A stretch of DNA of 64,000 bases from Thermodesulfobacteriota bacterium (GCA_049320885.1 JBMORA010000046.1:15653-79652), one strand, 5' to 3'. Counted from the first letter of the stretch, positions 33,522 through 43,478 are shown. Numbers and translations are program-made. The notes: generated by a model from the sequence alone, not told the origin.

Positions 33522-36479
33522 TTATTTGGGTCTCACCAACCGAAAACCGACATAGGTATTGGGGGTCTCGGCGGCAAACTTGTTCCGCTTCGCCGAGCGG
33601 GCATCCTTTTCCGAATGGTACCAGCTCCCGCCCCTGGCCACCCGTTCCGAGCCCCCGGATTTCACCACCGGGTTGCTTCTGGCATGGGCGGCATACGCAT
33701 CCTCGACATACAAATCCTCCACCCATTCGTATACATTTCCGCTCATGTCGAAGATTCCCAGATTATTGGGCACTTTTTTCCCCACCGGATGGCTTGTCCT
33801 TTTGCTGTTACCCTTGTTCCAGCCCACCGCATTCACCTGGTTCCCACCGGAATACGGAAGGGAACCGCCCCGTTCCCGGGCCGCGAATTCCCATTCGGCT
33901 TCGGTGGGCAAGCGATAATAATCCGAACTCCGGGCCGCTTTGCCCAACTTGTCCTTCAGGCGCTGATTCAGCCTCCCGATGAACGACTGCACGGAAATCC
34001 AGGAAACATTCTCCACCGGATAATTACCGCCCTTGTTGAAAAAGGACGGGTTGCCCCCCATGATCTGTTTCCACTCCGCCTGGGTGACTTCAAAAATCCC
34101 CATCCAGAACCCGTTGACGCAGACTTCATGCACAGGTCCTTCGTCCGTGTCCCTGGCCGATTCCGTAGCCGGACTCCCCATGGAATAACAACCACCCTCC
34201 ACCCACGTGAACATCATTCCGGTCACCGGGTCCTTATAATAATCCCCCACTTTCGGCGGGACCGGCTCCAGTTTGGCTTCCACGGTTTCGGTTGCGTCCG
34301 GTTTTACTTCCACAATCCCGACCCAGTCGATATGATCGGTCTTGGTGATCTTGACCGTATATTTCCCTTTTTCGAGCCCCTTGAGCTGCCCCGGCGTATT
34401 GCCCTGGGGTTTTTCATTGAGAAACCATTTGGCTCCGGCCGGCTCGCTGACAACGCTCATGCCGCCGCAAATCGATTTCAACTCGAACGCGGACTCGGCG
34501 GATTTGCCGGCCGGAATCACGATGTCCCGGATAATCGATTCATGACAGTCCATGCCGACTTCCACCTGAAGGCGCCCGCTTTTCAGATTGCTCACGGTCA
34601 GCGGTGTCTTGCCCTCGTTCTTGCCGTTGATCAGGACGGTGGCACCTTCCGGTCTGCTGCTGATGTTCAAGCTGCCGTAGGCGGCATTGAGGTCGGCCAT
34701 GATCTGCACCGTCGCCCCTGGTTTGACCGTCACTTTCTCTTTCCAGCTCAGATATCCTTCCCTGGTGATTTCAATTTCCTGGCCGCCTTCCTTGACGCGT
34801 TCCAGGGTCAGGGGGGTCTTGCCCTGCTTCCTGCCGTCAAGATATACATCCGCTTCCGCGGGACGGCTCTCGATCAGCAAGCTGCCGTAGACTTCTCCCA
34901 ATTCGGCGAACAGCTTGATGGATTCCCCGGAGGCGATTTTGACTTTCTGTTCCCAATCCTCATATCCTTCCTTCTTGACGACAATGGTCCGCTCACCCTT
35001 CTTCACCTGCTGCAACGTAACCGGCGTCTGGCCGAATTTTTTTCCGTCCAGATAGACTTCGGCCTCTTCGGGAGTGCTGGTGACCTCCAGTCCGCCGTAG
35101 AGCGATTCCAACTCGGCGATCACTTCGGATCGCTTCAAGGCGACGATCTCGATCTCCTTGCGCCATTCGTCGAAACCATCTTTTTTCAACATCAGGGTGT
35201 GAGGACCCTCCTTTACATCCGTCAGGGTCGTGGGCGTCATGCCCAGCTTCTTGTCGTCCAGATACACCTCGGCACCCGGCGGTTTGCTGTCGACGGCGAT
35301 GTCACCGATGGTCGGTCGTTCGATCTTGATGCCCTGGGCCGGCTCCACGGGCGGTGCTGCTTCCGGGGTGACCGGACCTTGCTGCTGGGGCGCCTGGACA
35401 GCCTCGGGCTTGGCCGTTTCCCCTTGCTGCATCTGGAACCACCAGCCCGCTCCGGCGGCCACGGCCAGCAACAGGATCCCCAGAATGACCGGCAGACGGC
35501 TTTTTTTCGATTTCTTTTCCGGTACAACCGGTTTCCCGGCGGCATCCGGTTGCGGGAGGGCCGGGGGCTCCTCGTCCTTCACCGGTTTACGCGGTTCCTC
35601 TTTCACCATGGGAACCGGTTTTTCACCGCTCAGCATGGCGATGAAATCGCCGGCGGTCTTGGGCCGGTCGGCCTGGTTTTTGGAGAGGCCGCAGAAGATG
35701 GCCTGGTTGACGTGTTCCGGAACGTCATCGATCTTTCCCGGCTGGCTGTGCAGGATCTGGTAGCGTAAATCCCCTTCGTAAAAAGGCGATCGGCCGGAAA
35801 GCATTTCATAGGCAATGGCAGCAAGGGCATAGATGTCGGTGGCGGCATTCACCTCCCTGCCGGCAATCTGTTCCGGCGCCTTATAGCCGAAAGTGGCGGC
35901 ATCTTCCGCCGCCGACACCCGGATGATGGTGTCGCTGAATACCCGCGCCACTCCGAAATCAGCGACCTTGACGACACCCGACTCGGTGAGGAGAATATTG
36001 GACGGTTTCAGGTCGGCATGGATGATCCGGGGACGGTTCTGGTGGGCGAAATCGATGGCCTCGGCAACCTGCTTCAACAGCGCGAGCGCCTCCTCCAGGT
36101 TCAGCAGACGCTCGTTTTCCTCCATCATATGGTACAGGGAACTGCCCGGAACATATTCATAGACGGCGAAGGTCAAATCCTTCCAGGTCTCCAGGTTGTA
36201 CAGCCGGGTGATATGCTCGTCCGCCAGCAACATCGCCGCATCGGTTTCGCGTTTCAGGGCGCTCAGCGCGGTCTGGTCCTTGGCCACCTCCGGTGGTATG
36301 ACCTTCAGGGCCACGTTCCGGTCCATTTCACGGTCGTACGCCAGATGATCCACGGACATCTCGTCTTCCCGGATGACCATTTTGATCATGTACCGTTTCG
36401 CGACAAGACGATGCTGGATCAGGGTTTCCGCTTTGGAGCCTTTGGAATCCTTCTTTTTCTTCGGATAATATTTTTGCAT
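33522..36479 (-). CDS. Membrane Ser/Thr kinase with five PEGA repeats and C-terminal FGE-sulfatase (CLec) domain
   Basis: VALK, HADLKPSN, DFG and APE; one TM helix; five S.P.GA.V.LDG-type repeats; RLPTEAEWE, DMSGNVYEW, RGGSW and GFRLV. Confidence 0.92.
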   Translation of the reverse strand: MQKYYPKKKKDSKGSKAETLIQHRLVAKRYMIKMVIREDEMSVDHLAYDREMDRNVALKVIPPEVAKDQTALSALKRETDAAMLLADEHITRLYNLETWKDLTFAVYEYVPGSSLYHMMEENERLLNLEEALALLKQVAEAIDFAHQNRPRIIHADLKPSNILLTESGVVKVADFGVARVFSDTIIRVSAAEDAATFGYKAPEQIAGREVNAATDIYALAAIAYEMLSGRSPFYEGDLRYQILHSQPGKIDDVPEHVNQAIFCGLSKNQADRPKTAGDFIAMLSGEKPVPMVKEEPRKPVKDEEPPALPQPDAAGKPVVPEKKSKKSRLPVILGILLLAVAAGAGWWFQMQQGETAKPEAVQAPQQQGPVTPEAAPPVEPAQGIKIERPTIGDIAVDSKPPGAEVYLDDKKLGMTPTTLTDVKEGPHTLMLKKDGFDEWRKEIEIVALKRSEVIAELESLYGGLEVTSTPEEAEVYLDGKKFGQTPVTLQQVKKGERTIVVKKEGYEDWEQKVKIASGESIKLFAELGEVYGSLLIESRPAEADVYLDGRKQGKTPLTLERVKEGGQEIEITREGYLSWKEKVTVKPGATVQIMADLNAAYGSLNISSRPEGATVLINGKNEGKTPLTVSNLKSGRLQVEVGMDCHESIIRDIVIPAGKSAESAFELKSICGGMSVVSEPAGAKWFLNEKPQGNTPGQLKGLEKGKYTVKITKTDHIDWVGIVEVKPDATETVEAKLEPVPPKVGDYYKDPVTGMMFTWVEGGCYSMGSPATESARDTDEGPVHEVCVNGFWMGIFEVTQAEWKQIMGGNPSFFNKGGNYPVENVSWISVQSFIGRLNQRLKDKLGKAARSSDYYRLPTEAEWEFAARERGGSLPYSGGNQVNAVGWNKGNSKRTSHPVGKKVPNNLGIFDMSGNVYEWVEDLYVEDAYAAHARSNPVVKSGGSERVARGGSWYHSEKDARSAKRNKFAAETPNTYVGFRLVRPK

Positions 36480-36594
36480 GTTCAACCCGCCTGGATGAGA
36501 TGAAATTGAAGGCCGCACACCGTTGCGCAGGTATCATATCCGAAATATCTTGTGTGTCAATAATAGAATGAACACAAGATAAAGGATATGCGGA

Positions 36595-37452
36595 TTACCA
36601 TCGGAATTCATTTATCTGGCCGGTATCCAGGCGGATATGGGCCATCCGGTTGCGGAACAAACCGCCTTTCCGGAGCAGGATTTTCAGGACCTCCATGACC
36701 TGAAAACCGGCAATCACCGCGGGGGTCGAAACCGGTGTGCCGAGAATCGCCTCGGCGGACGGCTGCCGTTGCTGACCGGTCGGTGCGTCTTCACCGTACA
36801 ACAGCCGGAACCCTTGATCTTCCGGCAGAATGGTCATGATCCGGCCCTCGAAACCGGCCACGGCGCCGTGAACCAGGGGCAGAGAGAGGCTGCGGGCCGC
36901 ATCCGCCAGCATAAACCGGTCGGGAATATTGTCCAGGGCGTCCACCACCACTTCCATGCCCGAAAGCAGTTCAGCGGCGTTTTCCTTGCGGATTTTTCCG
37001 GGATAGGCCGTCGCCCGGACGGCCGGATTGACCAGGGAAACGGCCAGGGCAGCGGTTTCCGCCTTGTTTCTGCCGAGGGATTGTCGATCCGCCAGCAATT
37101 GCCGGTTGAGGTTGGTTTCATCGAAGACATCCCCATCCATGACATGCAGCCTGCCGACCCCCAGCCGGGCCAACTGCAGGATGACATGGCCGCCCAGCCC
37201 GCCGGCACCGGCGATTGCCACCGAGGATTCGGCCAGACGCACTTGTTCCCCTAACGATATGGCGTCCTGATTGCGCAGATACCATTTCGGCCAAATACCG
37301 GCCCGCAGGGCCGCCGCAACCACATCGGGCAGCTCCATCCCCAGGGCCGCGCCGGCGGCCGAAGCCCCCGCCAGACTGAGCACCCGCACCGGCCGGCCGG
37401 CGGCGTCCGTCGTCTCCACGGCATGGTTTTCCAACTCCTTGTGCACATGCAT
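36595..37452 (-). CDS. ThiF/MoeB/HesA-family adenylyltransferase
   Basis: GAGGLGG, DGDVFDETNLNRQ and DALDN; no CxxC zinc motifs. Confidence 0.92.
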   Translation of the reverse strand: MHVHKELENHAVETTDAAGRPVRVLSLAGASAAGAALGMELPDVVAAALRAGIWPKWYLRNQDAISLGEQVRLAESSVAIAGAGGLGGHVILQLARLGVGRLHVMDGDVFDETNLNRQLLADRQSLGRNKAETAALAVSLVNPAVRATAYPGKIRKENAAELLSGMEVVVDALDNIPDRFMLADAARSLSLPLVHGAVAGFEGRIMTILPEDQGFRLLYGEDAPTGQQRQPSAEAILGTPVSTPAVIAGFQVMEVLKILLRKGGLFRNRMAHIRLDTGQINEFRW

Positions 37453-37465
37453 GTCGCAACCCCTT

Positions 37466-39874
37466 TCATCCCGCCTTCAAACAGGATCGGCGGATCACCT
37501 CCTCTTTCATTGCCGGAGAAAGATCGTTGAAATACGCCGAATAGCCCGATACCCGCACCAGCAGGTTGGGGTAAAGCCGCGGATTGTCGCGGGCCCGGAT
37601 CAGGACGTCCGGATCCACCACATTGATCTGGGCCTGCATGCCCCCCCGCCGGAAATAGGTTTTCAGCAGACTTCCCAGGGCGGCGACGCCGGGGCCGCCC
37701 CGCAAGGTGTGGGGATCGAATTTGATATTGAAATTCACGCCGTTGGCAAACCGCTTGAAATCAAAGCGGTTGACGGAATTCAACAGCGCCGTGGGCCCCT
37801 TGCGGTCCATTCCGTTGACCGGGGAGATCCCCGAGGCAAAGGGCTCCCCTTTCCTTCGGCCATGGGGCAGGGCGCCGGTGATCCGGCCGAAAAATTCATG
37901 GGCCGTCACTGAGTAGAGCCCGGTGGTGTAGGCTCCCCCCCGGGTGTTGTCGCCGAGTTTGCTCAAGGTCTTTGCAAACAGTTCGGCTGCGTACACCGAC
38001 CAGCGATCCACCGCCGGATCATCATTACCGAATTTGGGCAGATTCCGCAAATACGCCAGCTCCGCCGGAGCATTCAAATTGTTTTTCAACAACCGCACCA
38101 GTTGGGTCAGGCGCATGCGGCGGTCGATAAAAACAGCCCGCTCGATGGCATACAGGGCATCGCCCACATCGATGGGCGCCACGCACTGGATGCCGGAAAA
38201 ATTATAGCGGGCGCCGCCGGCGGTGGAGCAGACGCCCGACTCGATGCAGCCTTTCAGCAGCATGCTGGTCAGCGGCGTGGGGTGATGCAGGCGGTTGGCG
38301 GTTTCCACGGCCCGCAGATCCCGGACCAGCCGGCCGAGCATTTCCGTAAGCTGGGCCTCGAAGGCCTTGCAAACATGATCCATGGACGTCATGGCCGACG
38401 CCGAAACGGTTTTACGGCCTGTGCGCACCGGGGACCCGAAACGGCGGCCCTGGTTCAAGGCCATTTCCAGGACCACCGGCAGATTGAAGAGCGCCGCGTC
38501 CGTGGAGGCGAAGCTGCGGCCCTGGCTCACCGGTTCCACGCAACCCACCGCCGTGTAATCCCGGGCATCCTCGACCGCATACCCTTGCCGCTGCATGCAG
38601 GGGACGATAACGTCGTCATTGTACAGGGCCGGTGAATTGCAGCCGCCGGCCAGCAGGGAATGAAGCCGCAGGTGATACTCCTCCGGCGCCCCGCTGTGCA
38701 CCCGAGCGTGGAAATTCGGCTGGCGCATGCGCAGTTCGTCCATCACCTCCAGGAAAAGATAGCTGAGTTCGTTGACGCTGTCCCTGCCGGCACGATCCGT
38801 TCCGCCCACGGTGACCACCTGGCCGTTGAACATGCCGCCATGGAAATTGATCAGCTGCTGGGAAAAAACAGGGATGATTTCGGATAGCTTTATGCAAAAG
38901 GCGGCCGTCAGCTCCCTGGCGGTGCCGCGATCCAGCCGGCCTTCCCGGATATCCCGCTCATAATAGGGATAGAGATACTGGTCCAGGCGGCCGGGCGAAA
39001 CCGCATTGTCCAGGCTTTCCAGATTGATGGCGATCTGGGCGAACAAAACGGCCTGGAGGGCTTCATGAAAACCGGAAACGCCTTGCCGCAGGCAGCGCGC
39101 GCAAACACCCGCGATGGTTTCAAGCTCCCTCCGGCGCCGGGGCTCCGCTTCGGTTTTCGCCATGTCGGCGGCGAGCCTGCCATACCGTTCCCCGAACCGG
39201 GCCAGGCCCTCGGCTATGATGGTCACGGCCTCCAAAAAATTCCATGATTCCGATCCCGGGGCCGCCAACGCTTTGCAGGCTTCCGCCCTGGCCTTGATGC
39301 CGTCGGTGCCGATGCGGATCAGGTTTTCATAATCCGGCGCCAGGTGGGAAATTCCGCCGCATTCATTGATCAGATAAAAATGGGCCCGCAACTGGTTGGC
39401 GATGAACCGGATTTTCGCCAAGGGGCCGCTGTAGGCATGAAAGGCGACGAACCGGAAGGCCCAAAACGGAATAATGGACAGCAGCAGCCGCATCTCCCGC
39501 GGGGATATGCCCAGCGGGTTCGTCTGTCTGCGCGACAGTTTGAACAGATCCAGCATGACCGGCACGCCATGGAGTTCCGGGTAAATCGACCCGCCGACGC
39601 GCTTGGAGGTGTAATTTCCCACGAGCCATTCGTCCGGATAAATGGCGATGCTTTTCCGGAGCAGAACATGACGGAGGGCCTCGGCCATCCGGACGGCGAC
39701 GGGTTTCGAGCCGGACGCTGTCCGAAAATACTCGGTCCACAGCAGGGCCCTCTCGGTGCAGACCTCGTTCGGCGCTTGCTGCACCGCTGTTTTCAACCGG
39801 TGGATACGTTCCTTTGGCTCCAGCCGGTTCTCTCTTTCCTTGCTCTCCATTTTGTCACGCATAGATAACGGCAT
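37466..39874 (-). CDS. Glycyl radical enzyme of unassigned function (not PFL)
   Basis: GCVEP Cys loop, C-terminal RVSGYS glycine loop and GRLDQYL; AGGAGG RBS before 39874. Confidence 0.93.
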   Translation of the reverse strand: MPLSMRDKMESKERENRLEPKERIHRLKTAVQQAPNEVCTERALLWTEYFRTASGSKPVAVRMAEALRHVLLRKSIAIYPDEWLVGNYTSKRVGGSIYPELHGVPVMLDLFKLSRRQTNPLGISPREMRLLLSIIPFWAFRFVAFHAYSGPLAKIRFIANQLRAHFYLINECGGISHLAPDYENLIRIGTDGIKARAEACKALAAPGSESWNFLEAVTIIAEGLARFGERYGRLAADMAKTEAEPRRRRELETIAGVCARCLRQGVSGFHEALQAVLFAQIAINLESLDNAVSPGRLDQYLYPYYERDIREGRLDRGTARELTAAFCIKLSEIIPVFSQQLINFHGGMFNGQVVTVGGTDRAGRDSVNELSYLFLEVMDELRMRQPNFHARVHSGAPEEYHLRLHSLLAGGCNSPALYNDDVIVPCMQRQGYAVEDARDYTAVGCVEPVSQGRSFASTDAALFNLPVVLEMALNQGRRFGSPVRTGRKTVSASAMTSMDHVCKAFEAQLTEMLGRLVRDLRAVETANRLHHPTPLTSMLLKGCIESGVCSTAGGARYNFSGIQCVAPIDVGDALYAIERAVFIDRRMRLTQLVRLLKNNLNAPAELAYLRNLPKFGNDDPAVDRWSVYAAELFAKTLSKLGDNTRGGAYTTGLYSVTAHEFFGRITGALPHGRRKGEPFASGISPVNGMDRKGPTALLNSVNRFDFKRFANGVNFNIKFDPHTLRGGPGVAALGSLLKTYFRRGGMQAQINVVDPDVLIRARDNPRLYPNLLVRVSGYSAYFNDLSPAMKEEVIRRSCLKAG

Positions 39875-40784
39875 CGATTCCCTCCTGTTGCAAGATGGAG
39901 ATGGCCCGCCGAGGATCCGCGGCAGCCGGATTCCGGTTGCCGAAGGGCTCCAGCTCCGATGCAATCCGCGCCAGCTTGGCCTCTCCCAATGGATGATACG
40001 GCAGGCAATGAATGCAGTGATGTCCGCTGGCTTTCAAAAAACGGGCGGTTTCGACGAGATTGCTTTCCGTGTCGGTGATTCCGGGAATCAATGGCATCCT
40101 GGCCTGGAGCGGCGGAAACCGTTCGGAAAGCATCGTGAAATTTCGCAGGATGCCCCGGTTGTCGGCGCGGGTGTGGACGGCATGCAGCGCCGGATCCATG
40201 ATCTTCAGATCAAAATAGATCAGGTCCAGCATGGCCAGCAGGGGCTCCATGGCGTTCCAGGGAAAGGCACCGCTGGTCTCCAGATTGACATGCATCCCCA
40301 CCTGCCGGAGCCTGGGAATCACCTGGAGCAGAAAAGCGGAATGCAGCATGGGTTCGCCGCCGGAAAACGTCACCCCGCCGCCGGAGTCTTGATAAAAATC
40401 CAGATCCCTTTTCACTTCTTCGGCCAACGAATCGGCATCCCGGCTTCTTCCCACCAGGACCAGGGCCTGCTGCCGGCAGACCTTGGAGCAGGCACCGCAG
40501 GCATTGCAATGTTCGTCCGCCACCCGCCGCGGGCCGGCCGATATCGCCCCCCGGGGACAGACCGACAGACAGTCAAAGCAGCGGACACATCGTTCCGCGT
40601 AAAAAGCGATTTCCGGTTCCGCCTTATGGGACTCCGGATTCTGACACCAGGCGCAGCGCAACGGGCAGCCCTTCAGAAAAACCGTCGTGCGGATCCCCGG
40701 CCCGTCGTGGAGGGAGAACCGCTGGACATCAAACACCACGGCCGATGGGTTGTCCCCGGCCGGAAAAGAGGGAGCAGACGACAT
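39855..40784 (-). CDS. Glycyl-radical enzyme activase (radical SAM with ferredoxin insert)
   Basis: HDGPGIRT, GCPLRCAWCQNPE, two CxxCxxCxxxC motifs and SGGEP. Confidence 0.95.
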   Translation of the reverse strand: MSSAPSFPAGDNPSAVVFDVQRFSLHDGPGIRTTVFLKGCPLRCAWCQNPESHKAEPEIAFYAERCVRCFDCLSVCPRGAISAGPRRVADEHCNACGACSKVCRQQALVLVGRSRDADSLAEEVKRDLDFYQDSGGGVTFSGGEPMLHSAFLLQVIPRLRQVGMHVNLETSGAFPWNAMEPLLAMLDLIYFDLKIMDPALHAVHTRADNRGILRNFTMLSERFPPLQARMPLIPGITDTESNLVETARFLKASGHHCIHCLPYHPLGEAKLARIASELEPFGNRNPAAADPRRAISILQQEGIDAVIYA

Positions 40785-40809
40785 GGCGCAATCCAGTCCT
40801 GGTGACGCA

Positions 40810-40826
40810 AAGTGGTATTACCAATT
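40810..40826. promoter_or_regulatory. FadR/PdhR-type operator 1
   Basis: AAGTGGTATTACCAATT (TGGT-N3-ACCA palindrome) just upstream of the activase. Confidence 0.75.
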
Positions 40827-40881
40827 ATGAATTCAGTAACCGGTTTTATTACCCCATGTCAAGGTATTTTTAACGTTATTA

Positions 40882-40910
40882 TTGACAGTTATTTCAATTT
40901 TCCCTACCAT
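40882..40910 (+). promoter_or_regulatory. Sigma70 promoter of the GntR regulator
   Basis: TTGACA-N17-TACCAT. Confidence 0.7.
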
Positions 40911-40924
40911 GGGCCGGAATGGTT

Positions 40925-40939
40925 TTTGGTATGACCAAA
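40925..40939. promoter_or_regulatory. FadR/PdhR-type operator 2
   Basis: TTTGGTATGACCAAA, just downstream of the regulator promoter. Confidence 0.75.
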
Positions 40940-40960
40940 TCAGGAAAGGAATCCCCTTCA

Positions 40961-41758
40961 ATGAATTCAGCCGGCGCCCATGACCATCACAGGGAAAAAC
41001 GATCCCATCGCATTTCCAAGGCGATGCAGCTGGACATTTTAAACGGTTTATATCCGACGGACAGCCGCCTTCCCTCCGAGCGCGACCTCGCCGGTCAATA
41101 CGGCGTCAGCCGGGTGACCATCCGGGAGGCCATTGAAAAACTGGAACGGCTGGGCATGGTGGAAAAAAGACCCAACAGCGGCTCCTATATCCGCGATTTG
41201 CCGAACCATGCATCCATTTCCCTGCTGACGGAAATCATGAACAACAGCGAATCCGTCGATGCCGGGCTGCTGATCGCCCTGCTGGATTTCCGCCAGATCA
41301 TCGAAGTGTATGCCGCCGCCCGGGCCGCCCAAAAAGCGTCGCGGAACGATATTGCCGCCTTGAAACAGCTGGTCGCGGACATGAAGCGCAACCGGTTGCA
41401 AAAAGCCGTCATCTGCGGCCTGAATGTGGACCTGCATGCCTGCCTGATCCGCTTGTCGGGAAACCTGGTGATCCAGCTGCTGTTCAATTCGTTCAAACCC
41501 GTCTATGAATATTATATGGAGGTGTTTCACCACCTGCCGGAGGCTTCGGAGGAAATCATCGGCTATTACGAGAAGCTGGCCGCCGCCATCGAGGCCCATG
41601 ACGATGCGTATGCGGCCCACCTCATGGAGAGCCTTCTCCGCCACGGCCACAACCAGGTGAAGGATGCCGCCGGCCTCTCCCAGAACGGAAAACAAATCCG
41701 CCTGCGGCCAGCGGCCGCAAGCCGCCGGGAAAACCGGAAAACGGAGCGGACGACATGA
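40961..41758 (+). CDS. GntR/FadR-family transcriptional regulator
   Basis: LPSERDLA..YGVSRVTIREA HTH and an FCD-like C-terminus. Start codon uncertain. Confidence 0.92.
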   Translation: MNSAGAHDHHREKRSHRISKAMQLDILNGLYPTDSRLPSERDLAGQYGVSRVTIREAIEKLERLGMVEKRPNSGSYIRDLPNHASISLLTEIMNNSESVDAGLLIALLDFRQIIEVYAAARAAQKASRNDIAALKQLVADMKRNRLQKAVICGLNVDLHACLIRLSGNLVIQLLFNSFKPVYEYYMEVFHHLPEASEEIIGYYEKLAAAIEAHDDAYAAHLMESLLRHGHNQVKDAAGLSQNGKQIRLRPAAASRRENRKTERTT

Positions 41759-41994
41759 AAATCCAGCTCAATCTGTTCGCCACCCTCTCCCGCTACAAGC
41801 CGGAAGGAGGCGCTGCCGAGGCCATGACCATCGCCTGCGAAGAAGGCCTGACAATCAGGGAACTGCTGGTGGGCCTGGGGCTGCCCATGGACCAGGTCAA
41901 GCTCATCTTTGTCAACGGGGTCCACGCGCAACCCGACGCGGTACTGAAAAACGGGGACCGGGTCGGGGTTTTTCCACCGGTGGGCGGCGGTTGA
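41755..41994 (+). CDS. MoaD/ThiS-family sulfur carrier
   Basis: 79 aa, IFVNG, ends FPPVGGG; ATGA overlap with the regulator. Confidence 0.92.
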   Translation: MKIQLNLFATLSRYKPEGGAAEAMTIACEEGLTIRELLVGLGLPMDQVKLIFVNGVHAQPDAVLKNGDRVGVFPPVGGG

Positions 41995-42056
41995 TGCATG
42001 CCACCGGCCCCGCCTTCAGGCGAATAACGGCGGCCGGGGAGGCTCCGCTACCCGGA

Positions 42057-43418
42057 TCAGACGGTCCTGGGCCACTCCAGCCGGTATCTTTTCATCCGTT
42101 TCCATAAGGTCACCCGGCTGATCCCGAGTTTTCGGGCCGCCTCATTGCGGTTCCCGCCCGTTTCCGTCAGAAGCTGAATCAGTTTCCGGCGCTCGCTTTC
42201 ATGGGGCGCTTCAGAGAGCGGTCGCGGGGGAGCGGCTTGCAGGTGCCGCGAGATCTTCGGCGGCAAATGCGCGGTGTCGATGAGTCCGCCGCGGCACAGC
42301 ACCAGGGCGTAGTCAATGGCGTTTCTCAGTTCCCGGACATTCCCGGGCCAGGGGTATTCCGTCAGCACCTCCATGGCTTCCGGTGTCAGCCCGATGATGC
42401 GCTTGCCGCTCTTGCGGGTGCCGTATTTGATGAAATTCTGAACCAGAACGGGGATGTCCTCCCGGCGCTGCGACAACGAGGGGCATTGCAGGGGGAAAAC
42501 ATTGATGCGGAAAAACAAATCCTCCCGGAATCGCCCTGCGGCGATCATGGTTTCCAGATTCCGGTTGGTGGCGGATATGATCCGGACATCCACGGGAATG
42601 GGCTGGTGGTCCCCCACCCGCTCGATGACGCCCCCCTCGATCACCCGCAGCAATTTCACCTGGATCGAGAGGGGTATGTCCCCGACTTCGTCCAGGAAAA
42701 GGCTGCCGCCGTGGGCCGCCTCGAACCGACCGATGCGCGTGCGCTCCGCGCCGGTGAAAGCGCCTTTCACATGGCCGAACAGCTCGCTTTCGAGCAGGTT
42801 TTCATTCAGGGCCGCGCAATTGACCTTGATGAACGAGCCGTCGCGACGGGGACTGGCTTCATGGATCGCCAGCGCCGTCAGTTCCTTGCCGGTTCCGCTT
42901 TCCCCCAGGATCATCACCGGCGCATCGGACTGGGCCACATTCTCGATCAACTCGAAAAGTTCCTGCATGACCGCCGAGCCGCCGATCAGGTCATGATATC
43001 CATTCTCCAGATTCAGGGTTTGCCGGAGGGCCGCGAGCTTTTCTTCCTGCCGGACGGTGTCGGAAATATCGGTCAATATTTCCACGGCGCCGACGGTCTC
43101 ACCGGTTTTGTCGCGGATTACCGTGGCGCTCTTCAGAACATAAATGGCCCGGCCGCTTTTCGAGAGGATGGTACAACGTTTGGACTTCACTTCCCCTTTT
43201 GAAAAAAGTCCGCACCATTTTTCGGTCCGCTCCTTGCGTATATTGCAGCCCGTGCAGTTCAGCATCCGGCAGGTATTGCCCACCAGCTCGCTGCTCTTGT
43301 ACCCCGTAAGGGTTTCCGTCGCCGGATTGACCGCCACGATTTTCCCTTCCGGATCCACCACCATCATGCCGTCCTGCAGGGTATCCAGAATGGTTTTCCA
43401 ATGGTTTTCCAGTTCCAT
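42057..43418 (-). CDS. PAS-domain sigma54 enhancer-binding protein
   Basis: PAS domain with Cys residues, GESGTGKE, GAFTGA, FLDEVG, WPGNVREL and a Fis-type HTH. Confidence 0.95.
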   Translation of the reverse strand: MELENHWKTILDTLQDGMMVVDPEGKIVAVNPATETLTGYKSSELVGNTCRMLNCTGCNIRKERTEKWCGLFSKGEVKSKRCTILSKSGRAIYVLKSATVIRDKTGETVGAVEILTDISDTVRQEEKLAALRQTLNLENGYHDLIGGSAVMQELFELIENVAQSDAPVMILGESGTGKELTALAIHEASPRRDGSFIKVNCAALNENLLESELFGHVKGAFTGAERTRIGRFEAAHGGSLFLDEVGDIPLSIQVKLLRVIEGGVIERVGDHQPIPVDVRIISATNRNLETMIAAGRFREDLFFRINVFPLQCPSLSQRREDIPVLVQNFIKYGTRKSGKRIIGLTPEAMEVLTEYPWPGNVRELRNAIDYALVLCRGGLIDTAHLPPKISRHLQAAPPRPLSEAPHESERRKLIQLLTETGGNRNEAARKLGISRVTLWKRMKRYRLEWPRTV

Positions 43419-43478
43419 GCACGTCTTCCCTTGAACCGCGGATTCAATTCCCAAACCATGTAAACCCATGGCAACAAA

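Noticed and set aside
33522..33660. DGR variable repeat in the FGE domain
   Set aside because: I found no template repeat or reverse transcriptase in the window.
33615..35768. 717-aa plus-strand ORF
   Set aside because: Antisense shadow of the kinase-PEGA-FGE gene.
37466..39874. Pyruvate formate-lyase (pflB) call
   Set aside because: Single Cys in GCVEP rather than the adjacent Cys-Cys pair, and the activase has a ferredoxin insert.
36595..41994. Ubiquitin-like anti-phage system (E1 plus Ubl)
   Set aside because: No E2, JAB or nucleotidyltransferase; the ThiF and MoaD look metabolic.
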